In this document: in pieces, positions 53,616 through 61,753 of the stretch
How the letters are laid out: each line of letters starts with the position of its first letter
Numbering within the stretch: position 1 is the stretch's first letter
Source: an uncultured Actinomycetes bacterium
GTDB taxonomy: Bacteria; Actinomycetota; Thermoleophilia; RBG-16-64-13
Assembly: GCA_963841735.1 (NCBI GenBank)
Contig: CAWJDT010000001.1
Location: forward strand, 640,001-704,000
Length of the DNA: 64,000 bases
Reading direction: 5' to 3'
Position numbers and translations under genes: made by a program
Notes under the pieces: model-generated
The model's database searches: none
What the model was told of the DNA's origin: nothing
The model's input: only the letters and a program-made list of their open reading frames with translations

Positions 53616-54851
53616 ATGGTTGAAGGACGCTATGAGTCTGCTTGTCGGAGTGGAGCGGTCAGGAACGCTCTGGTGATCGGGGCAGGAGTCTCGGGCTGCG
53701 CTTGTGCGGCCGCTCTGGTCGAACGTGGTGTGAGAGTACAGCTGCTCAACAGTGCCCTTGACCGGGTCGGGCATCCGGGATACGGGCCAGAGCTAGTGTC
53801 GGCGGGGGGATGGTCGGCCATTGTCGAGGTTCTTGCAGCTCTTCCGCGGGTTGTTCGGGACGTGTGGGTGGAGGCAGGCGTGGGGCCCGCGGGAGGCGGC
53901 GGGGTTGTGGCTGTCGACCGGCGGAGAATAAGTATCGAACTGAAGCGGAGTCTGGAGTCACTGCCTGAACTGGAACTGCGCCAAGGACTTGTGAACGATG
54001 TGAGGCTCATATCGGCTAGCGGAGAGACGATGGTAGTGGGTGGCGGCCAAGAAGCCGCTGGAGTCGCCGTCGAGACCGTGTTTGGAGAGGTGTTCGAGGC
54101 GGAGGCAGTCGTCCTGGCAGTGGGGCTCGGCTTGGGGGGGCTGGTTGTCTCGGGCCAGGATGTCTTGCCGGGTGGGCGTTCTGGCGAGACCCGGGCGGAC
54201 GGGCTCGTGGGGGCGCTCGAGAGACTGGGAGCGCGAATGTTCGAGATTGAAAATAAGGTTGGGCCCAGATTCGTGCCGAAGGGGCTTGGGGCGAGGGGGC
54301 TCAGGGAAGTGGCGAACTGCGAGGTACATGGAGATCGGACGGGCGTCCAGGGGCGGATGTGCACGGCCGTGCCTCTGTCGGAGATCTTGGGGGAAGACGA
54401 TAGTGCATACGAGGGTACGGGGGGATGGCCCGAGGATTTCCCTCCGGCCCCCCACGGGACGAGAGAGTTGCAGCCGGCCGAGTTGTATGTGGGAGGTGTC
54501 GCGTACTCAGAAGGAGGGCGCTTGGTGTTGCCCGATGGGTGCGCTTTGGGAGAGGTATATGTGTCGCCGGAGCGTGGACCGGAGCAGGCGCGGGATAGCT
54601 GCGGCGACGTGGGCGACCCGAGGGGACACGGCCCCGTAGCCAGTAGGCTGGGTCAGGAAGTAAGGGCGCTTGTCGTCGGGGATTTGGGCCATGCGGGGCG
54701 GCTGTGTGTACAAGGAATGGAAGACTCTCCGATCTGGGTCACGGGGAGGGCCGGAGGGAGTGCGGACTATTTGGAGAGCCTCCGGGCAGGGGTTCTGACG
54801 GCCATCGGCGTCGCGGGGGCTCTTGACGGCCTGAGTGAAGCAACGCGGTGA
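53616..54851 (+). CDS. Divergent, truncated MnmG/GidA-like FAD-binding protein
   Basis: VIGAGVSGC, DRRR..LESLPELELRQG.V, AVVLAVGLGL.G, GGRSGE, C-terminal VTGRAGG..DY; lacks SCNP and PRYCPS. Confidence 0.72.
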   Translation: MVEGRYESACRSGAVRNALVIGAGVSGCACAAALVERGVRVQLLNSALDRVGHPGYGPELVSAGGWSAIVEVLAALPRVVRDVWVEAGVGPAGGGGVVAVDRRRISIELKRSLESLPELELRQGLVNDVRLISASGETMVVGGGQEAAGVAVETVFGEVFEAEAVVLAVGLGLGGLVVSGQDVLPGGRSGETRADGLVGALERLGARMFEIENKVGPRFVPKGLGARGLREVANCEVHGDRTGVQGRMCTAVPLSEILGEDDSAYEGTGGWPEDFPPAPHGTRELQPAELYVGGVAYSEGGRLVLPDGCALGEVYVSPERGPEQARDSCGDVGDPRGHGPVASRLGQEVRALVVGDLGHAGRLCVQGMEDSPIWVTGRAGGSADYLESLRAGVLTAIGVAGALDGLSEATR

Positions 54852-56797
54852 AGGGGACCCAAGGAGCAACGGGTTATGACGTGGTTGTTGTCGGGGGAGG
54901 CCATGCGGGGGCAGAGGCAGCGTTGGCAGCCGCCCGGATGGGGTGTCGCACGGCCATGGTCGCTTTGCATTTGGACAACATCGCGCTCATGCCATGCAAT
55001 CCTGCGGTGGGAGGGGTTGGAAAGGGTCAGCTGACTCGGGAAGTCGATGCGCTTGGCGGCGAGCAAGGCCGAAACACCGATCGAGCCTTCGTTCAGATCA
55101 AGATGCTGAACACCTCGAAGGGGCCGGCGGTGCGGGCACTGCGCGCACAGACCGACAAGCGGCTTTACGAGGACTGGATGAAGGTGGTTCTCAGCCGCAC
55201 CCCGAAGCTGGACTTGATACAGGGCGAGGCAGTTGCCCTGATTGTTTCACGTGAAACAATCAGGGGAATCGCTCTTGCGGACGGCCGGAGGCTTGGCTGT
55301 CGCTCGCTCGTCCTGGCGACGGGGACGTTTCTTAGGGGCAAAGTCGTCATCGGTGACAGGAGCCACTCAGCGGGCAGGGTGGGTGAACTTCCCGCCCAGA
55401 GACTGTCCGAGAGTATCCTTCGCGCGGGGCTTGAGCTGGGCCGTTTCCAGTCGGCGACGCCCCCCCGGGTGGATGGCCGCACGATCGACCCAGAACGGAT
55501 GCTCCTACAAGAAGGCGACGCTGTCCCCCGTTCCTTCTCCCACTGGCAGTCACCAGCGCCGCGGAGACAATTGCCCTGCTACTTGACCCACACCACACCC
55601 GCCACGCATGAAGTGGTCCAGCGCCACCTCCACTTGAGCCCTCTGAAGAGCGGCTCTGTGAGCGGCAAGGGCCCTCGGTACTGTCCCTCCATCGACAGGA
55701 AACTGATCAACTTTCCTGAGAGAGAGCAGCATCCTGTGTTCGTGGAGCCCGAAGGGGTTACCACTTCGGAGATGTATCTCCAAGGCCTGACGACGAGTCT
55801 CCCGGTGTTCGTCCAGGAGATGATCATCAAGGCCACACCAGGGCTAGAACACGCTCGACTCGTGCGGCCGGGGTACGCCGTCGAATATGATTACCTGCCC
55901 CCGGAGCAGTTGACCGTCGCCCTTCAGACCAAGGCGGTGGCGGGGTTGTTCAGCGCGGGCCAACTCAACGGGACGTCCGGCTATGAAGAGGCAGCCGCCC
56001 AGGGTCTCATGGCTGGAATCAACGCAGCGTTGCACGCAAGAAACGAACCACCGTTCATCTTGAGACGTGACCAAGCCTATATAGGGGTTCTCATCGACGA
56101 CCTGGTCACAAAGGGAGTGGACGAACCCTACCGCATGTTCACTTCGCGAGCGGAGCACCGGCTTCTGCTTCGGCACGACAACGCAGCGGAAAGGCTTTCT
56201 CACCTAGGTCACAGCCTCGGCCTCATCAGCAATGAGCAGTTGGCCGTCGTGGAAGAGAAACAGCGTCAAGTGCGCGAACTCACGGAACTGCTCGACACGG
56301 TGCAGGTGCGGTCTGACGACACCAGTGATCGAGTTCTCGAGGCGCTGGGCACAACCGCGCTTGAAGAATCACAGTCTGCGGCTAAGGTCTTGCGTAGGCC
56401 CCAGGTGTCCTTCGCGGATCTGCGGGAATTGCTGCCTGCATCCGTTATGGAACAGCTCGCCTCGACTCCACCGGAAGTCGTAGAGCAACTAGACATCTGT
56501 GCCCGGTACGAAGGCTACATACGCCGGCAGACCGCCGAGATCAAAAGGCATCGTGCGACAGAGACCATGCAGGTGCCAGGGGACTTCGACTACTGGGCTC
56601 TGGACGGACTGACCTATGAGGCCAAGGACAAGCTGACTCGCCTTCGGCCCGCCACGCTGGGCCAAGCATCCCGGATGCCCGGCGTATCGCCGGCGGATAT
56701 CTCCGTTTTGCTGGTATACCTGCATAGGGCTCTGGCCGAGGTGAGGGTCTCGAAGACGAACGCCAATCGGCCTGCAGAAGATCGGGAGCAAGTGTGA
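54848..56797 (+). CDS. mnmG: tRNA U34 carboxymethylaminomethyl modification enzyme MnmG
   Basis: VVGGGHAG, MPCNPAVGG, KGPAVRALR, GPRYCPSI, AGQLNGTSGYEEAAAQG, EPYRMFTSRAE. Confidence 0.97.
   Translation: MKGTQGATGYDVVVVGGGHAGAEAALAAARMGCRTAMVALHLDNIALMPCNPAVGGVGKGQLTREVDALGGEQGRNTDRAFVQIKMLNTSKGPAVRALRAQTDKRLYEDWMKVVLSRTPKLDLIQGEAVALIVSRETIRGIALADGRRLGCRSLVLATGTFLRGKVVIGDRSHSAGRVGELPAQRLSESILRAGLELGRFQSATPPRVDGRTIDPERMLLQEGDAVPRSFSHWQSPAPRRQLPCYLTHTTPATHEVVQRHLHLSPLKSGSVSGKGPRYCPSIDRKLINFPEREQHPVFVEPEGVTTSEMYLQGLTTSLPVFVQEMIIKATPGLEHARLVRPGYAVEYDYLPPEQLTVALQTKAVAGLFSAGQLNGTSGYEEAAAQGLMAGINAALHARNEPPFILRRDQAYIGVLIDDLVTKGVDEPYRMFTSRAEHRLLLRHDNAAERLSHLGHSLGLISNEQLAVVEEKQRQVRELTELLDTVQVRSDDTSDRVLEALGTTALEESQSAAKVLRRPQVSFADLRELLPASVMEQLASTPPEVVEQLDICARYEGYIRRQTAEIKRHRATETMQVPGDFDYWALDGLTYEAKDKLTRLRPATLGQASRMPGVSPADISVLLVYLHRALAEVRVSKTNANRPAEDREQV
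55241..55260. other. parS centromere-like site inside mnmG
   Basis: Perfect palindrome ATTGTTTCACGTGAAACAAT containing the consensus TGTTTCACGTGAAACA. Confidence 0.92.
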
Positions 56798-57528
56798 AAC
56801 TGGCCGAGACAGCCGCGTATGAGTCCTACGGTTTGGATGCCAGAGCGCAGGATCGTCTATCAGTTCTGGGTGACATCCTACTGGACGCCGTTCACAACGT
56901 AACCAGTGTCACCGAGCCAACGGAGATCGAGCGCATACACTTCCTGGACTCGCTGTCCCTTCTCGCGCTCCCGATAGTTTCCGATGCCACCAATCTCGCC
57001 GACATCGGATCTGGGGGCGGTCTGCCGGCGCTGGTTTTGGCTCTGGCGCGGCCAGGAATGAAGGTGACGGCAATAGAGTCACAGCACAAGAAGTGTGAGC
57101 ATATTCAGAGAGCGGCCGCGGCCCTCGAGCTAGACAACGTGCACGTGTGTTGCGCGCGGGTGGAGGACTACGCGGGCAAGGAAGGGCGGGCTGCTCATGA
57201 TGTCGCGGTTAGTCGTGCGGTGGCCACTCTGCCTGTGTTGGCCGAGTACTCGCTGCCGCTTCTGCGAGTGGGCGGAACGATGGTCGCGATGAAGGGCCCA
57301 ATATCAGACCAAGAGCGCACCCGAGCCGTCAGTGCGCTCGCTATACTAGGCGCGGATCGGCTGGAAGTCTTTCGCTCGGATCCCTTCGTGGGCGCTCGTG
57401 ATCGCTGGTTCTATGTGGCCGAGAAGATGCGAGCAACTCCTGATGGGTATCCGCGCCGGTCCGGGGTCCCGGTCAAACGGCCGCTTGGACAGCTCGAGCC
57501 GCGGCGACAAGAAGGGAAAGCACTCTGA
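56794..57528 (+). CDS. rsmG: 16S rRNA m7G527 methyltransferase RsmG
   Basis: HFLDSL, DIGSGGGLP, VSRAVA, AMKG, TP..YPR..G.P.KRPL. Confidence 0.95.
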   Translation: MKLAETAAYESYGLDARAQDRLSVLGDILLDAVHNVTSVTEPTEIERIHFLDSLSLLALPIVSDATNLADIGSGGGLPALVLALARPGMKVTAIESQHKKCEHIQRAAAALELDNVHVCCARVEDYAGKEGRAAHDVAVSRAVATLPVLAEYSLPLLRVGGTMVAMKGPISDQERTRAVSALAILGADRLEVFRSDPFVGARDRWFYVAEKMRATPDGYPRRSGVPVKRPLGQLEPRRQEGKAL

Positions 57529-58286
57529 TTTACGCCATTTCCAACCAGAAGGGCGGGGTGGGCAAGACCACGACCGCCATCAATCTGTCGGCGAGCATCT
57601 CGCAGTCTGGTGAGCGTGTCTTGCTGGTGGACATGGATCCCCAGGCCAATGCCTCCCATGGGTTGGGCGTGCGCGTGGAGTCGGGTGAGCCCGCGGTTCT
57701 GGACGTGCTATTGGGCGAAAAGAGCCTGGCCTCGATAATCCGGCCCTCCTCGGTGGTGGGGCTTGACTTGGCACCGTCGTCGAGCGACATGGCCGGGGCA
57801 AGTGTCATGCTGCCCACCCTCGAAAGGCGCGAGTTCCGTCTGCGGGATGTCCTGGTCGAGGAACTGCCCACTCTGGACTACACCTATGTCTTTGTGGATT
57901 GTCCCCCCTCGCTGGGCCTGTTGACGGTGAACTCCCTGGTGGCCGCCGATCAGGTGATAATTCCAGTGCAGGCTGAGTATTTCGCTCTGGAAGGACTGGC
58001 TCAGCTCATGTCGACTATTTCCGCTGTCAAGGAACGGCTCAATCCCTCGCTGAAGATCGCCGGTCTGGTGTTGACCATGGTGGACTACCGTACAACTCTC
58101 GCCCGGGATGTCGAGCAGGAGATTAGAAGCCACTTTCCGAGCCTCAGCTACAAGACGATCGTGCCGCGCAACGTCAGGCTGGCCGAGGCGCCCAGCCACG
58201 GTGTGCCTGTGTCAGTGCTCGATCCGCACTGCAACGGATCGGACGCCTACTTCTACCTTGCGATGGAGGTTGTCGAGCATGGCTAA
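57525..58286 (+). CDS. parA: Chromosome partitioning ATPase ParA/Soj; probable CTG start
   Basis: IYAISNQKGGVGKTTT, DMDPQAN, DCPPSLG, PVQAEYFALEG, PRNVRLAEAPSHG. Confidence 0.96.
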   Translation: MIYAISNQKGGVGKTTTAINLSASISQSGERVLLVDMDPQANASHGLGVRVESGEPAVLDVLLGEKSLASIIRPSSVVGLDLAPSSSDMAGASVMLPTLERREFRLRDVLVEELPTLDYTYVFVDCPPSLGLLTVNSLVAADQVIIPVQAEYFALEGLAQLMSTISAVKERLNPSLKIAGLVLTMVDYRTTLARDVEQEIRSHFPSLSYKTIVPRNVRLAEAPSHGVPVSVLDPHCNGSDAYFYLAMEVVEHG

Positions 58287-59175
58287 AAGGCCGGGTTTGG
58301 GCCGGGGGCTCGCCGCTCTTCTGGGCGAAGGCGATACACCAGAGGCCGCTGTGGGAATCGAGACTTCGGCCGAGCAGTCGCTTTCAGGCGGGGGCGGCGT
58401 GACCGATCTTCCGGTGAATCTGATCCGAAGGAACCCGAGGCAGCCGCGCAGGGCATTTGATGCCCAAGCTCTCGAGGAACTCGCCATGTCAATCGCCGCC
58501 GTAGGCGTAGTGCAACCGGTGATTGTCAGGGCTAGCGGAGACGGGTATGAGCTCATTGCCGGGGAGCGTCGTTGGAGGGCAGCACAAAGGGCTGGCTTTA
58601 CCGCTATTCCTGCGATTGTGCGTATCGCTTCCGATGTGGAGAGTCTCGAACTGGCGCTGATCGAGAACGTAGTGCGGCAGAACTTGAACCCCGTCGACGA
58701 GGCATACGCTCTGAAGGTCCTGCTTGAAGATTTGGGAGTCACTCAGGAGAGCTTGGCATCCAGGGTGGGCAAGAGCCGCTCGGCCATCGCAAACAAGATC
58801 CGTCTTCTTGAGCTACCGGCTGCCGTGCAGGAATCATTGGCGGGCGGCGCCCTCTCCGAAGGTCACGGCCGCGCTCTTCTCGGTCTCCCGGATAAGGGCA
58901 GCCAGCTCCAGCTGGCGCGGAAAGTTTTAGAGAAGGGGATGTCGGTCCGCCAAGTAGAAGAAGAAGTGCGCCGCCATGCCGAGGGGGCCAAGAGCCAACC
59001 CGCCCGTGAGAGTCCCGCCCTCGACGAGGAGCTTGTCGACGAGGTTAGGGACTCCCTGCTGAGCCTTCTTGGGGTGACCCCCAGGGTTAAGAGTAAAGGC
59101 GCGGGGGGTGTTGTCGAACTACCCTTCGAGAACGCAGATGGGCTTCGCCGGCTCGCCGAGCGCTTGCGCTCCTAG
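58279..59175 (+). CDS. parB: Chromosome partitioning protein ParB/Spo0J
   Basis: GLGRGLAALL, NPRQPRR.F, IAGERRWRA, LIENVVR, HTH KSRSAIAN..RLL, GHGRALL. Confidence 0.96.
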   Translation: MAKRPGLGRGLAALLGEGDTPEAAVGIETSAEQSLSGGGGVTDLPVNLIRRNPRQPRRAFDAQALEELAMSIAAVGVVQPVIVRASGDGYELIAGERRWRAAQRAGFTAIPAIVRIASDVESLELALIENVVRQNLNPVDEAYALKVLLEDLGVTQESLASRVGKSRSAIANKIRLLELPAAVQESLAGGALSEGHGRALLGLPDKGSQLQLARKVLEKGMSVRQVEEEVRRHAEGAKSQPARESPALDEELVDEVRDSLLSLLGVTPRVKSKGAGGVVELPFENADGLRRLAERLRS

Positions 59176-59306
59176 AGCGGTCTAGCTGACCTCGCCGGAA
59201 CCGAGCGTCCCTCGCAGGGCGTCCGACGGACTGCAATTGCCGTAGCACCTTGACGAAACTGACGGCTCGGTGGGGCAGCAGAACCCTGGCGAGGAAAGGA
59301 ACCATC

Positions 59307-60176
59307 ATGAAGACAGGAAGAACGTTGGGCATTTCGGGGAATGGGCAGCCCGAGACCAAGGCTTGGGGGCGTCGCGGCTCTGGGCTACGGGGCCGCGGTT
59401 GGCGGGTGCTGCTCACCGCCGGTCTGATGGTAGTGGTTATTCTGACGGCGTTGATCGTCTCCGGATGTGGGGGCTCGTCTGACGTCGTCGCGGTGACGAC
59501 CGGGGGTACTACCGCGTCAGGGACAGTCGGCGCGCTCAACACGATCACGGTCACCGGAAGGGCTACCGAGAGCAGCGCGCCGGACGAGGCCGTTCTTACA
59601 TTGACCGTGGAGAGCGACGGAGCCGATCCTGGGGCCTCCCTGAACACCAATTCAGAAGCGGTTCAGAAGGTACTGGATCGGTTGAAGAGCGAAGGTGTGG
59701 CAGCCGACAAGATCGAGACTGCAAACGTCTCCATCTACCCCATTCGCACCTACAACCCAGATACCGGCCAAGAGAAGACCACGGGGTATCGCTCGCAGAA
59801 CACCGTGACTGTGACGCTGGCGGATGCAGAGCAAGTGGGTAAGGTGCTCTCCGCGGCAGTGGAGGCCGGTGCCAACATCGTTTCGGGCCCTGTGTGGAGG
59901 CTGTCTGACGATACGGCGGCTGTTGCCGAGGCACTCAAGAAGGCGGTAGCGAACGCCCGCACCAAGGCGGATGCTCTTGCTGAGGCTCAGGGCGTCAAGG
60001 TCGGCGATGCGCTCATGATGAACGAGAGCAACGTGGAGCTGCCCGCATATCCGATCTACGCCAACTATGAGGCGGATATGGCCTCTCGGTCCGCCGGAGT
60101 AGTGGCCACGCCCATCAGCGCCGCGAGTCTGGACGTGACCGCGACGGTGACCATCACCTACGCGTTGGCCCGGTAG
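59307..60176 (+). CDS. SIMPL (DUF541) domain lipoprotein
   Basis: Lipobox VSGC; TITVTG..APDEA, AGAN.VSG, AVANARTKA..LA, V.ATVTITY. Confidence 0.87.
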   Translation: MKTGRTLGISGNGQPETKAWGRRGSGLRGRGWRVLLTAGLMVVVILTALIVSGCGGSSDVVAVTTGGTTASGTVGALNTITVTGRATESSAPDEAVLTLTVESDGADPGASLNTNSEAVQKVLDRLKSEGVAADKIETANVSIYPIRTYNPDTGQEKTTGYRSQNTVTVTLADAEQVGKVLSAAVEAGANIVSGPVWRLSDDTAAVAEALKKAVANARTKADALAEAQGVKVGDALMMNESNVELPAYPIYANYEADMASRSAGVVATPISAASLDVTATVTITYALAR

Positions 60177-60287
60177 GTCTCCGGAGGCACTTCCCTTGCC
60201 CGGCGGCACGCCCCGCAGGTGTCCAGTGGCTCCGCGGAGCTGCCGCCGGGTCTATTGGCCAGGAGCGTCTTGCTATATGATGGCCTC

Positions 60288-60602
60288 ATGGGTTACTCGA
60301 CTTCAGTCGTAGAGGGGCCAGGGGGGGCACCGTGGTCGGTGTTGCTCAGAGTCAATCTGACCCGAGCCGAGAGCAACGATCTGTTCTTGTCTGGAGACTC
60401 AATGGTGTCGTGGCCCGTGGACGGGCTCCAGTCGAGTGCTCAGGAAGAGTCGAAGTTGGAGCGCAGCGGGATGTTTGTGTCGGAAGTGGCGGCACATGCC
60501 GAAGGTCTTACCATCAGCTATGGTGAGCGGGGCCAGGCCGAACGGGCGGCCTCTTTCTTGCGCTACCAGTTTGCCCAAATCGGAATCGAAGAGGAGACAT
60601 AG
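60288..60602 (+). CDS. Hypothetical protein
   Basis: 104-aa ORF; TATGAT 6 nt before ATG; stop abuts the next start. Confidence 0.6.
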   Translation: MGYSTSVVEGPGGAPWSVLLRVNLTRAESNDLFLSGDSMVSWPVDGLQSSAQEESKLERSGMFVSEVAAHAEGLTISYGERGQAERAASFLRYQFAQIGIEEET

Positions 60603-60962
60603 GTGGCGGAATCCAGGGACGGCTCGCGGGATGATCCTTTTCGAGACGCGCTGGCGGAGTATCTGGCGATCCCTGGGATGGAGGCGGCTCTACTAGTCTC
60701 AGACCAGGGCCTTCTGATCAGTTGCGTAGCGCATGACGGCGTCGATACCGCGAGCATCGCCGCTTTGGCCATCGACACCGTGGCGACCGTCCAGCGCTTC
60801 GGGCTTCAGGTTCAGGCCGGGTATCTGGACACAATGAGAATCGAGTTCAACAAGCTCACGGTGGTGTTGGCTCCCTTCGCCCAGGATGTGATGTTGGTGC
60901 TGGTGGCGGCTGCCGGTTCGCTGGGAGCGATGTCCGGTGATCTGACACCGCTGGTGGCGTGA
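60603..60962 (+). CDS. Roadblock/LC7 (MglB-like) domain protein
   Basis: IPGMEAALLVSDQGLLI..SIAALA..LDTMRIEF..LVLVA..SLG. Confidence 0.8.
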   Translation: MAESRDGSRDDPFRDALAEYLAIPGMEAALLVSDQGLLISCVAHDGVDTASIAALAIDTVATVQRFGLQVQAGYLDTMRIEFNKLTVVLAPFAQDVMLVLVAAAGSLGAMSGDLTPLVA

Positions 60963-61128
60963 CTCTGGCGTACAACGGGGTTGCGCGACCGAGACCGTCT
61001 AGCTTGAGCGTCGCTCGGCGAGGGGCTTAGACGTCCGTACTCGTCCTGCGCCTCGGCGGGCGAGCGGGCATGCCGGGTGAGTCTCAGTCGCCTGCAACCG
61101 ATCGGCGAGGAGGAGGCGAGTAGGCCAG

Positions 61129-61650
61129 ATGCTAGGTGTAGGAAGGATCATCGTCAATACGGGCGACGGCAAGGGCAAGACCACCGCCGCTTTCGGGATC
61201 GCTCTCCGAGCATCGGGGCACGGTCTGAAGATAGCTGTGGTTCAGTTCATCAAAGGCACATGGAACTACGGCGAGACGCGAGCCTTGGAGGCATTGCCGA
61301 ATATCGAGATAACGCGCATCGGCTCAGGGTTCACGTGGCTGGCCGACGACCCCTCCCTGCCCAAGGGACTGGCGGAGCAGGCCTGGGAACTGGCGACCGA
61401 GCTGGCCCTCTCCGACCGGTACGATCTGCTTATCCTTGATGAGCTCAACTACGCTATTGCAGAGGGTTACATCAAGGTGGAAGATGTCCTAGCGATGCTT
61501 GCTGCAAAGCCTCAACGGCTGTCGTTGGTTATCACGGGTCGCGACGCTCCGCTCGAATTGATCGATGCGGCCGACACCGTCACCGAGATGCGTTGCATCA
61601 AGCACGCATTCGGGCAGGGCGTCCCGGCTCGCCGGGGGATAGAGTACTAG
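61129..61650 (+). CDS. cobO: Cob(I)yrinic acid a,c-diamide adenosyltransferase (CobO/BtuR)
   Basis: NTGDGKGKTTAAFG, VQFIKG, LILDELN, ITGR, ADTVTEM..KH, RRGIEY. Confidence 0.95.
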   Translation: MLGVGRIIVNTGDGKGKTTAAFGIALRASGHGLKIAVVQFIKGTWNYGETRALEALPNIEITRIGSGFTWLADDPSLPKGLAEQAWELATELALSDRYDLLILDELNYAIAEGYIKVEDVLAMLAAKPQRLSLVITGRDAPLELIDAADTVTEMRCIKHAFGQGVPARRGIEY

Positions 61651-61753
61651 CGAAGCTTGCCTCGGTGCAACTTAGTGGTCAGACCATCCGACCACCTTGG
61701 AAGTACGACCGTCGGTATGCCGTAAACCGGTGCTTGTCGGGACGTTCTTGAGC

